DNA from: an uncultured Nitrososphaeria archaeon
GTDB taxonomy: Archaea; Thermoproteota; Nitrososphaeria_A; Caldarchaeales; Wolframiiraptoraceae
Assembly (NCBI GenBank): GCA_964451435.1
Contig: CAYVHW010000001.1
Location: 740-64,739 of the forward strand
Length of the DNA stretch: 64,000 nt
Direction: 5' to 3'
This document shows positions 1-8,561 of this stretch, piece by piece. Numbering within the stretch: position 1 is the first letter of the stretch; every line of letters starts with the position of its first letter. The translations under genes and the position numbers were made by a program. The notes below the pieces were generated by a model. It saw nothing but the letters and a program-made list of their open reading frames with translations, searched no databases and was not told the DNA's origin.

Positions 1-429
1 AAGCATAGGGGTAGTAGGACTTGCGGCTGGGGGCAGATAGGCCAGCATAGGAAGACTGGGGCGAAGGGAGGCCATGGGATGACGGGCAGGCATAAGCATA
101 AGTGGACTTGGGTTCTCAGATATGATCGAGACTACTTCGGGAAGCATGGATTCTATAGGCCGAATAGGAGGGAGGTCAGGGCGATAAACCTGATCCAGCT
201 CAAAACCCTAGTCGAGAACCTTGAGCGGGAGGGGAGGTTGAAGACCATGAAAGACAAGCCATTCATAAACTTGAAGGAGCTCGGCGTCGATAAGCTGATA
301 GCGCGTGGAAGAATTAATCGCCCAATCCTAGTGGCGGTCGAGAGCTGGACCGAGAAGGCGGAGAAGTTAATTAAGGATGCTGGAGGAGAATTGATTAGGC
401 CTGAGGAGCTTAAGGGTGTTGAGCCTTGA
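1..429 (+). CDS. rpl15: 50S ribosomal protein uL15 (5' partial)
   Basis: Frame is open from base 1 (KHRGSRTCGWGQIGQHRKTG...HKHKW...YFGKHGF); lies directly upstream of secY. Confidence 0.95.
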   Translation, partial: KHRGSRTCGWGQIGQHRKTGAKGGHGMTGRHKHKWTWVLRYDRDYFGKHGFYRPNRREVRAINLIQLKTLVENLEREGRLKTMKDKPFINLKELGVDKLIARGRINRPILVAVESWTEKAEKLIKDAGGELIRPEELKGVEP

Positions 430-1844
430 CCCTTAGAGAGGCTATTGAGGTCGTCGCCAGGCACATGCCCGAGGTGAGGAGACCCGCCAAGAAGCTTGGA
501 TTAGGCGAGAGATTGATCTGGACAGCCCTCGTCTTGGTGATCTACACTCTCATGGGCCACACATTCCTCTATGGAGTCCCACAGGCGGCGAGTATCGCGG
601 CGAGAAACCCATTGATCCTAAACATAATCTTCGCTCAAAGAGTAGGAACCCTAACGACGCTTGGAATAGGCCCGATAGTCACAGCTGGATTGATCCTCCA
701 GCTATTGGTTGGAGCCGAGCTGATAAAACTCGATCTCTCGAAGCCGGAGGATAGGGCTACCTTCACGGCTGCGAGCAAGGTCTTAACCCTAATCGTGATA
801 ATCTTCGAGGCGGCGGTCTTCACGGTCTCGGGAATGCTTGGCAGGCTTAGCCCAAACGTCCAAGTCTTGGTCTTCCTACAGCTCGTGGCCGCAACCATAT
901 TGATCATGTTCATGGATGAGCTCATCCAGAAGGGCTGGGGCCTTGGAAGCGGGGTGAGCCTATTCATAGCCGCTGGAGTGGCCGAGAACATCTTAACAAG
1001 CCTATTCTCCCCGATCATGCTCCCAGATGGATACTATCAAGGAATAATTCTGGCGATGATCCAAGCGGCGGCGAGCGGCGCCCCAATCCAAGACCTATTC
1101 TTTAGAGGCCAATACCCGGATCTACTGGGATTGACGAGCACATTAGCCCTCCTACTCCTGATAATCTACTTGGAGTCGGTTAGGATCGAGGTCCCGATCC
1201 AGTATGCGAGGGTCTCAGGGTATGTCGCAAAGTATCCGATAAAGTTCCTCTACGTCTCGAACATCCCAGTCATCTTCGCATCAACCCTATTCACGAACAT
1301 CTACTTCTTCTCAAACATAATCTGGAGCAGATTCAATCCGACCAACACAAACAATATGCTGAACGTGATCGGGATGTTCAACGCAACTGAGAGCGGAGTC
1401 TACCCAATAGGGGGCATCGCATACTATCTGACATCCCCATATACTCTGGCTGGGGCGATGAGAGATCCGATAAGAGCATTAATCTACGCCGCAATCATGA
1501 TAGTATTCTGCATAGTCTTCGCCAAATTCTGGGTCGAGGTCGGAGGATTATCGCCATCGCATGTTGCAGATCAATTGATTAAAGCCGGTATGCAAGTTCC
1601 CGGATTTAGAAGAGCTCCTGGAGTCATAGCTAAGATAATCGAGAGATATATTGGAGTCGTGACGATCCTCGGAGCGATCATAGTCGCCTTGATAGCGGTC
1701 TTCGGAGACTACTTCAACGCATACGGCGGAGGAATAGGAATACTCCTAATGACCGGAATCCTATACCAATACTATGAGCTATTAGTGAGAGAGAGGCTGA
1801 CCGAGATGTATCCTGGATTGGCCAAGCTCCTAGGAGAGGAGTAG
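426..1844 (+). CDS. secY: Preprotein translocase subunit SecY
   Basis: LGIGPIVTAGLILQLL, GWGLGSGVSLFIAAGV, YPIKFLYVSNIPVI and QVPGFRR motifs; multiple TM helices. Confidence 0.98.
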   Translation: MTLREAIEVVARHMPEVRRPAKKLGLGERLIWTALVLVIYTLMGHTFLYGVPQAASIAARNPLILNIIFAQRVGTLTTLGIGPIVTAGLILQLLVGAELIKLDLSKPEDRATFTAASKVLTLIVIIFEAAVFTVSGMLGRLSPNVQVLVFLQLVAATILIMFMDELIQKGWGLGSGVSLFIAAGVAENILTSLFSPIMLPDGYYQGIILAMIQAAASGAPIQDLFFRGQYPDLLGLTSTLALLLLIIYLESVRIEVPIQYARVSGYVAKYPIKFLYVSNIPVIFASTLFTNIYFFSNIIWSRFNPTNTNNMLNVIGMFNATESGVYPIGGIAYYLTSPYTLAGAMRDPIRALIYAAIMIVFCIVFAKFWVEVGGLSPSHVADQLIKAGMQVPGFRRAPGVIAKIIERYIGVVTILGAIIVALIAVFGDYFNAYGGGIGILLMTGILYQYYELLVRERLTEMYPGLAKLLGEE

Positions 1845-1846
1845 AG

Positions 1847-2341
1847 ATGTTTGATCCATTGTTCGAGATACTTGGGATAGCCTTGGCTGTGAGTCTTCTG
1901 ACAAATTATCTGAGAAGGAGGCTTATAGGGCCGGAGGAGATGGCGAAGATGAAGGAGGCTCAAGAGTTTCAGAGAAAGCTCCTACAAGCTCAGAAGAAGG
2001 GCGACAAGAAGCTGATCCAAAAGTTGAAGAGGAGGCAGGAATATTATCAAAAGATAAGCGCTGAGGTCGGGAAGAAGAATATGATCTTGATGTTCATCAG
2101 CCTCGGAATATTCTACGCGGTCTTCATGGCCCTAACACCCCTCTATGGAAGCGTCGGGATAGTGGCATCCCTACCCTCAGACCTCATGATACCGCTCATC
2201 TCCCAGGGAAACAAGCTAACCTTCATAGGCTGGTATATCTTAGCATTATTGGCGGCCGGGATGCCTATGGGGAAGATATTTGAAGTAAAGGCTGAGGAGG
2301 TTGAGAGCTATGCCAAGAAGAGCGCTAAGGACGAGAAGTAG
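1847..2341 (+). CDS. DUF106 / EMC3-TMCO1 (Oxa1 superfamily) membrane protein
   Basis: TM, coiled coil, TM, then FIGWYIL; conserved position after secY in archaea. Confidence 0.8.
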   Translation: MFDPLFEILGIALAVSLLTNYLRRRLIGPEEMAKMKEAQEFQRKLLQAQKKGDKKLIQKLKRRQEYYQKISAEVGKKNMILMFISLGIFYAVFMALTPLYGSVGIVASLPSDLMIPLISQGNKLTFIGWYILALLAAGMPMGKIFEVKAEEVESYAKKSAKDEK

Positions 2342-2588
2342 GAAGAGGAAGTATGTCCGAACCCCCGGCGGGAGAGTGGTCATACACTATGAGGATGAGA
2401 AGCGAGGCTTCCATAGATGCGCTAGATGTGGGGCCATAATCCATGGAATACCTAGGGAGAAGGATTACAAGCTCGCGCATAGTGAGAGGACGGTTGAGAG
2501 ATATTATGGTGGGATGCTCTGCCAAAACTGCCTAGAAGAGCTGATCAGGATGAAGGTGGCGTCCGAGTGGAGTTCAAGCTCATCCTAG
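2310..2588 (+). CDS. rpl34e: 50S ribosomal protein eL34
   Basis: RTPGGRVVIHY, CARCG...C-x2-C zinc ribbon; ATG at 2310 preferred over TTG at 2301. Confidence 0.95.
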   Translation: MPRRALRTRSRKRKYVRTPGGRVVIHYEDEKRGFHRCARCGAIIHGIPREKDYKLAHSERTVERYYGGMLCQNCLEELIRMKVASEWSSSSS

Positions 2589-3164
2589 CCTAAAGAACTC
2601 CTTAACCGCTTGGAGCACGATCCTATAGACCGCGGATTCATCGAGATCGCTTGTGTCTAGGACTAGGTGGAATGGCTCAAAATCCCTCCCGACCTCGATC
2701 CCATAAAGCTTCTTGTAGAGTTCTATGCTCTCTGAATCCCTCTTCTCTAGAAGCCTCCTCGCCTCCTCCACGCTTATACCGCTCCTCCTCGCCATCCGCT
2801 CAGCCCTAACCTCGGTCTTGGCCTTAAGCCAGATATTGAACCCACCTCGATAAAGCCATGGTAGAATCCAGCTATCTATGACTACGTCTCCAGCCTTTGC
2901 GAGTTCTATGAGCTTTTGATCGACGAGCTTATCGAACTCAGGGTTCCTCAACCTCTCCTCAAGAAACCTCATACCATCCTCGGTCTCCCACCACTCCCTC
3001 CCCCCAGGCCTATAGCCCCTCTCAACCGCCAACATCTTCAACCCATCTCCACCCGAGACGTATCTTAGGTTAAGAGATTCTGCGAGCCTCTTCGCTAGGG
3101 TGCTCTTCCCCGTCGCCGCCAATCCGCTTATGCAGATAACGATTCTCTTGACCACCTCGCACAC
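2580..3164 (-). CDS. cmk: Cytidylate kinase, archaeal type
   Basis: ISGLAATGKST P-loop, PEFDKLVD, KKLYGIE; true start may be the GTG at 3155, downstream of a GGAGGTG Shine-Dalgarno. Confidence 0.9.
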   Translation of the reverse strand: MCEVVKRIVICISGLAATGKSTLAKRLAESLNLRYVSGGDGLKMLAVERGYRPGGREWWETEDGMRFLEERLRNPEFDKLVDQKLIELAKAGDVVIDSWILPWLYRGGFNIWLKAKTEVRAERMARRSGISVEEARRLLEKRDSESIELYKKLYGIEVGRDFEPFHLVLDTSDLDESAVYRIVLQAVKEFFRLG

Positions 3165-3182
3165 CTCCGGATAGTCACGATC

Positions 3183-4406
3183 TTATGGAACAAAGAATTT
3201 GGGCTCGGGATCGAATTTTTCGATTGAACGCAACTTCTTGAGGGTCTCTAGAACTCTCTCCCTAACCTTGATCGGCTTCTCAAACTCCCTCACGACCTCT
3301 CCATCGATTATTAGGGGTTTTAGGAGGGGCTTAACCGGCTTTCCGCAGACCGGGCAGCTCTCAAGCCTCGCATCGAACTTCGTGATCGTGTCGTGGAGAT
3401 TCTCACATCTATAGACCTGCTTCCTACCCGGAAGTTTCCCCCTCTTCGAGAAGCTCTCTCCATCCACCTCAACTATATCCATCGCGAGGTCTATGGATCT
3501 CGGGAAGGCTATCGATGTCCCAACCCCGAACCCATCCGCAACATCCACGAGCCTCCTAACATCCTCCTCGTCGAGTCCCCCGCTCACGAAGATCTTGACA
3601 TGCTTGTAGCCGGCCGAGTCCAACGCCCACCTAACCTCCAAGACTATCTTCCTCATATCTCCCCTCCTAGAGCTTGGGGTGTCGAGCCTCACTCCATAAA
3701 GCTTCTCTCCAAGGGCTTTTGCGGCGGCCAAGCTCTCGAACCTCTCATCCGATAACGTATCGCATAGCGCTATCCTTGGAACATCTCTAGAGATAATCTC
3801 ATCGAAAGCCCTCCAAGCCTTAACCTGATCGCCCATAGTCAATATCAGGGCATGAGGCATCGTTCCCGTGGGCTTGACTCCGGCGAGCTCGGCTCCGAGA
3901 ACTCCTGAGATTCCATCGCATCCACCGATGAACGCATATCTATCGGCCATGGGCGCTATGGCTGGATGAACCGCCCTAACCCCGAAGAAGAGGACGGGCT
4001 TACCCCACCCAGCGAGCTTAACCCTAGCCGCCTTAGTCGCTATGCTCGTTGCATGTCTCAGGATTCCGAGCAGTCCAGCCTCATGGACTCCGAAGTCCAC
4101 ATATCTCCCCTCGATCGCTAGAACTGGTTCAAAGGTTCTGAAGAGCTCCCCCTCATCCATCGAGTAGACGTTTACCGGCTTGCCCTCAAGCAGGTTCGCA
4201 ACCTCCTCCACTCCAGCTAGGATCGCCCAATCATATCCGGTTGGAAGACCATAGTTATGAACCTCCGCATAGACCTTGTGATGGGATTCACCCGACTTCT
4301 CTAAGATCTCCCTAGTCCTCATGAAATATATGTCCGTGATCCTCCCCTCAAGAATCTCCTCCTCGCTCGCGACGTAGAACTTTCTATTGTCGCCCAACTC
4401 CATCAC
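3183..4406 (-). CDS. pncB: Nicotinate phosphoribosyltransferase
   Basis: TDIYF, GTMPHAL, GVRLDTPSSRRG, SGGLDE and FGVGT motifs; C-terminal Zn ribbon. Confidence 0.93.
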   Translation of the reverse strand: MMELGDNRKFYVASEEEILEGRITDIYFMRTREILEKSGESHHKVYAEVHNYGLPTGYDWAILAGVEEVANLLEGKPVNVYSMDEGELFRTFEPVLAIEGRYVDFGVHEAGLLGILRHATSIATKAARVKLAGWGKPVLFFGVRAVHPAIAPMADRYAFIGGCDGISGVLGAELAGVKPTGTMPHALILTMGDQVKAWRAFDEIISRDVPRIALCDTLSDERFESLAAAKALGEKLYGVRLDTPSSRRGDMRKIVLEVRWALDSAGYKHVKIFVSGGLDEEDVRRLVDVADGFGVGTSIAFPRSIDLAMDIVEVDGESFSKRGKLPGRKQVYRCENLHDTITKFDARLESCPVCGKPVKPLLKPLIIDGEVVREFEKPIKVRERVLETLKKLRSIEKFDPEPKFFVP

Positions 4407-5050
4407 CCAAATCTCATCATGTCAGATCTGGTTAGCTTAGCCTTATAGATGAAGCTCAGCTGCCTAAGCGATAGAGCGTAGTCGAAGTCATTTAAGGCGA
4501 GGATGCAGTCTATCGGGACTATCAGCTTATATCCCCTCATGGCCGCGCTCCCAGCCGTGTGTAGCACGCAGATATTCGCTAAAACTCCTGTCAAGATCAA
4601 GCTCTCCAAGCCCCTATATCTCAAGATGTGTTCCAGCGGGGTTCCATAGAAGGCGTCATAGCTCGGCTTCCTCACAATGAATTCGCCCTTCTTGGGTTTA
4701 AGCTCCCCGACTATCTCCGCGCCCCAGCTACCAGCTAATGCATGCTCTCCCCAAACCTCGAACTCAGGATCATTTTCATGATGCCAGTCTTGAGTATAGA
4801 TTATGGTCGCGCCAGCCTCGCGAGCCTTGTCCAAGATCGATTTAATCGGTTTTATCAAGTTCTCGGATCTTGGAACATATAGCTTGCCCTTCTCCTCGAT
4901 GAAGTCGTTCTGCATATCGATGACCATGACCGCGGTTTTACGCGGATCTGCCGACACCTCGACGACTCTTAACTCCTCTGGGAACTCAAGCGTCTTAGGC
5001 AGGCTTATCTCCGATATTTCCCCCACCCTCCATGAGTTCCATGAATCCAT
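4403..5050 (-). CDS. pncA: Isochorismatase-family cysteine hydrolase, probable nicotinamidase
   Basis: IDMQNDF, TQDWH, WGEH and GVLANICV motifs; overlaps pncB. Confidence 0.8.
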   Translation of the reverse strand: MDSWNSWRVGEISEISLPKTLEFPEELRVVEVSADPRKTAVMVIDMQNDFIEEKGKLYVPRSENLIKPIKSILDKAREAGATIIYTQDWHHENDPEFEVWGEHALAGSWGAEIVGELKPKKGEFIVRKPSYDAFYGTPLEHILRYRGLESLILTGVLANICVLHTAGSAAMRGYKLIVPIDCILALNDFDYALSLRQLSFIYKAKLTRSDMMRFG

Positions 5051-5059
5051 AATATTAGC

Positions 5060-6211
5060 TTATCCCGATAGGAGGGGCTTAGCCAACTTCACGGCCAATC
5101 TAGGATGCCTTAGAAGTTTCCTTGCAACTCTCAAGATTTCAAGCCCATTCGCTAGGTCGATGATATCCCTCTCCTCTAATACCTCCGCTAATAGGTTTAG
5201 GTCCTCATCGCTCAAGTTCTCCAAGACTCTGAGAACCTTCAAGCTTCTCCTAATCCTAGTCAGCCATGGCCTATACTTCTCAACGAACTCCATCAACCTA
5301 TTCTTCGATACATCTCCCTCAAGGGCGGCCTTCCCAGAGACCTCGCCCGCCGCCAAGCCGGAGGATATCGATGAGTGTATCCCCCCACCCGTCAATGGGA
5401 TCACCATTCCAGCCGCGTCTCCTATCAGGATCGCATTATCTTGGATGAACTCGCTTATCACCCCTCCAACTGGAACCGGGGCACCCCTATAATCTATTAC
5501 TTGAGCACGTCCAAGCTCGTCCTCAAACATCTTGATGAACTTGTCGAGGTATGGTTTTATCGGAGCGCCTCTAACACCTATCCCAACCTCGGCGACCTTC
5601 TCATTCCATGGAAAGATCCAAGCATACCCCTTGGGCGCTATCTCATTTCCAAGATAAAATCTAACCGCGTGTGGATCCTTGATCCTGCATCCAGCCATTA
5701 CGCACTGAATTGTTGGAATCGGCTCAGACCTCTCCTTAATTCCAAGACATCTCGCAACCGTCGAGTTATATCCATCGGCACCTATCACGACCATTGCCTC
5801 ATAAACTCCCCTATTCGTCTCAACCTTCATCAATCCATCCACACGCCTAACCGATAAGACCCGCTCACCGACGTGGATCTCAGCTCCCCTCTCAGCCGCT
5901 TGACATGCTATCTCCTGTAAGAGCATGGTCTTGTTTATGAGATATCCGGTTCCATGAAGCCTTATGGACTTCATGTTCGGGGCACAGACGATCGCATAAG
6001 CCTCGTTGTGAATCAGGCTCGGGCTCGCCTCGACCCCAGCCGTCTCTAGAGTCGCCTTACTCACGGCCATTCCACACGGCTTCATCGCCATAATCCTCGG
6101 ATTCATCTCAAGCAAGAGAGTCTTCGCGCCAACTCCAGCGGCGGACTTGGCGGCTGAGACCCCAGCGGGCCCGGCGCCAACAACAATCACATCAAACCTC
6201 TTAACGGACAT
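5060..6211 (-). CDS. Geranylgeranyl reductase family flavoprotein (DGGGPL reductase-like)
   Basis: GAGPAG, KPCG, PKGYAWIFP and IGDAAG motifs. Confidence 0.88.
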   Translation of the reverse strand: MSVKRFDVIVVGAGPAGVSAAKSAAGVGAKTLLLEMNPRIMAMKPCGMAVSKATLETAGVEASPSLIHNEAYAIVCAPNMKSIRLHGTGYLINKTMLLQEIACQAAERGAEIHVGERVLSVRRVDGLMKVETNRGVYEAMVVIGADGYNSTVARCLGIKERSEPIPTIQCVMAGCRIKDPHAVRFYLGNEIAPKGYAWIFPWNEKVAEVGIGVRGAPIKPYLDKFIKMFEDELGRAQVIDYRGAPVPVGGVISEFIQDNAILIGDAAGMVIPLTGGGIHSSISSGLAAGEVSGKAALEGDVSKNRLMEFVEKYRPWLTRIRRSLKVLRVLENLSDEDLNLLAEVLEERDIIDLANGLEILRVARKLLRHPRLAVKLAKPLLSG

Positions 6212-6235
6212 TCACTCGATCAGATCTTAAGGTGA

Positions 6236-6248
6236 TTATAAACTTTCT
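6236..6248 (-). promoter_or_regulatory. BRE-TATA promoter of the GGR-pncA-pncB-cmk unit
   Basis: Minus strand AGAAAGTTTATAA, about 25 nt before the ATG at 6211 (near-leaderless transcript). Confidence 0.6.
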
Positions 6249-6374
6249 CAGATGATTAACCCTTGGCGGGAATGGGAAAGTTTGTCCCGAATCTTTTACA
6301 ATCTTTTGATCCTTCTCAAGATCCTTGACAAAGGCTTAATTATTAGGGGTTTTCACAGGATTTCGGTGTCAAGG

Positions 6375-8561
6375 ATGCTTAGACGGATGGCCATGAAAGT
6401 GTTGGTGATGATCTCGGTAGTCTCGATGGGTTTGGCTATGATCGGCTCGATACATGCGATGGATGAGCACGCGATAATCTATGATAAGAGGCTCCTCGAT
6501 CCGGTGGCTGAGCTCCTCTCAGGCCCTGTCTGGCTTAGAATAAGGGGATATGATATCTATGAGAGCTTCACGAGATCTGAGAGCCTAGCTTCAGCGCCGG
6601 CCCAAGCTCCAGGCTTACCGATCAGGATACCGTATAGGGAACCTTCTCCAAAGTTTAGCAGAAATCTCTTAATATCGATCGATGTGGGCAGAATACCATA
6701 TCAAGCAGAGACATGCTTAGCCGTGAACCCGAGGGATCCAGACAACCTAGTCATAGGATTAAATGATTATGGGTTCTACGCTCCATCGGCTTACGTCAGC
6801 ATGGATGGTGGAGAGACTTGGAGCGGTCCGCATCCCATGGTCCCGCTCCAAAAAGATGATTTTGGATCCGATGTTTCCCTAGCGTTTGATAGGAATGGAA
6901 CGGTTTACTTTGCCTATATGTCGATTGGATGGAAGTGGGTTAGAACCTTAAACGTCGTCGTAGGGGATGAGAAGGCGAGCATAGTAGTCTCGAAGTCGGT
7001 TGATGGTGGGGAGACTTGGAGCGCTCCAAGGGTGGTCGCCGTAGGAGACATCTATGCTAAAGAGGATGAGGTGGTCGTGATCTTCTTGGATAGACCTAGG
7101 ATAGCCGTAGGCCCGGATCCATTCGATAAAGGTAAGGATAGAATCTACGTCACATATACTGAGTTCGTCTTACGCTATCCCCTAATTCCGGAGTATCCAT
7201 ATATCATGGCTCCGCTGATAAGCACGACGATAAAGCTCGTATATTCAACCGATGGCGGGAAGACTTGGAGTGCGCCCAAGCAAGTCAGCCCAACCTTCTC
7301 CTACTGGGCTGGAGAGGAGAGGAGGAGAGTGGTTCAAGGATCGAATCCCAAGGTCGCCGAGGATGGTAGATTATACGTGGCATACTATGATTCCTTGAAT
7401 GATGGGCCATGGGATGGGCTATTCGCTCCAACGATAGTCTGGTCGGATGATGGAGGAGAGACCTTCTCGAAGCCCATCCATGTAGACCATCTCCTCGAAC
7501 TCGACTATGAGCTTCCACCGACCCTCTTCAGAGCATGGGTCTCGATGATGCCCCAAATAGATGTTGGACCCAATGGAGAGGTTTACTTAGTAGTCGCTGC
7601 CAGACCAGGGATGTTAAGCCCGGATGACTCAGACATATTCTTCTATCGATCACTCGATCGGGGGAAGACTTGGAGCTCCGCTAAGAGGATTAATGACGAT
7701 GAGACAACAAGGGATCAATTCATACCGGCAATAGCCGTTAGCCCAAATGGAACCATCCACGTGGCTTGGGGAGATAGGAGGCACGATCCAAAGGATGTAG
7801 AATACCATATCTATTACACGAAGTCATCCGATAGGGGTGAGACGTGGATAAGGAATGTGAGGGTGACGGACTCTCCATCGAACCCCAACTTCGGCCTCTA
7901 CCTATACATCGGAGATTATTGGAGCATAGAGGCGACTGACGAGGACGTCTATATAGCTTGGACGGATACTAGGCTTGGGAGACCCGAATCACCCAACATG
8001 AAAATAGGGTTCGCTAGATCGGGGCATATCCCGCTGCCCACCATCTTGATCTCGCCTCCGGCGGGTGCGGCTGGGCAGAAGGTCACGATAATTGGGGAGA
8101 ACTTCATCCCAGATAAGGAGGTCTATATCCAAGTCGGGGACGCATACGTATCGGTCGCCAGAACAGATTATGAGGGAAAGTTTAAGGTCGATATATTCAT
8201 GCCCATGCTTGGGGAGGGACCGTACAGGGTTAGAGCAATAGATGTTTCAGGAAACCGAGCTGAGGGATACTTCTATGCGGAGTTCGGGATGGACACTATT
8301 AAGAAGACCTTGAGAAAGCATGAGGAAAGCTATCAAGAGATGTTGGATGAGATTTTAAAGCTCAAGAAGGGGGTCGAGGAGGTCGCTAAGAAGATCGAGG
8401 CTAACTCGAGTTCTAGGCAGGAGCTCATAAGCAGAATCGAAGCTCTAAGATCGGAGGTCGAATCGCTAACCCAACTAACCCACATACTAGCAGTGCTCCT
8501 AATAATCTCGGCGGCGATAATCGCGTTGATTATGATTAAGGTCTGGAGGATGAGGAAATGA
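6375..8561 (+). CDS. Secreted, C-terminally anchored Asp-box (BNR) beta-propeller protein (sialidase-like fold)
   Basis: Signal peptide; six S-x-D-x-G-x-T-W/F boxes; Ig-like domain, coiled coil and C-terminal TM. Start more likely 6375-6393 than 6252. Confidence 0.8.
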   Translation: MLRRMAMKVLVMISVVSMGLAMIGSIHAMDEHAIIYDKRLLDPVAELLSGPVWLRIRGYDIYESFTRSESLASAPAQAPGLPIRIPYREPSPKFSRNLLISIDVGRIPYQAETCLAVNPRDPDNLVIGLNDYGFYAPSAYVSMDGGETWSGPHPMVPLQKDDFGSDVSLAFDRNGTVYFAYMSIGWKWVRTLNVVVGDEKASIVVSKSVDGGETWSAPRVVAVGDIYAKEDEVVVIFLDRPRIAVGPDPFDKGKDRIYVTYTEFVLRYPLIPEYPYIMAPLISTTIKLVYSTDGGKTWSAPKQVSPTFSYWAGEERRRVVQGSNPKVAEDGRLYVAYYDSLNDGPWDGLFAPTIVWSDDGGETFSKPIHVDHLLELDYELPPTLFRAWVSMMPQIDVGPNGEVYLVVAARPGMLSPDDSDIFFYRSLDRGKTWSSAKRINDDETTRDQFIPAIAVSPNGTIHVAWGDRRHDPKDVEYHIYYTKSSDRGETWIRNVRVTDSPSNPNFGLYLYIGDYWSIEATDEDVYIAWTDTRLGRPESPNMKIGFARSGHIPLPTILISPPAGAAGQKVTIIGENFIPDKEVYIQVGDAYVSVARTDYEGKFKVDIFMPMLGEGPYRVRAIDVSGNRAEGYFYAEFGMDTIKKTLRKHEESYQEMLDEILKLKKGVEEVAKKIEANSSSRQELISRIEALRSEVESLTQLTHILAVLLIISAAIIALIMIKVWRMRK

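Noticed and set aside
6680..6705. GRIP as a sialidase FRIP motif proving sialidase activity
   Set aside because: The other catalytic residues could not be identified; Asp boxes indicate only the fold.
6800..7860. Recurring GATGG...GACTTGGAG DNA repeats (CRISPR-like?)
   Set aside because: They are irregularly spaced, in-frame Asp-box codons. No CRISPR array or cas genes were seen anywhere in the window.
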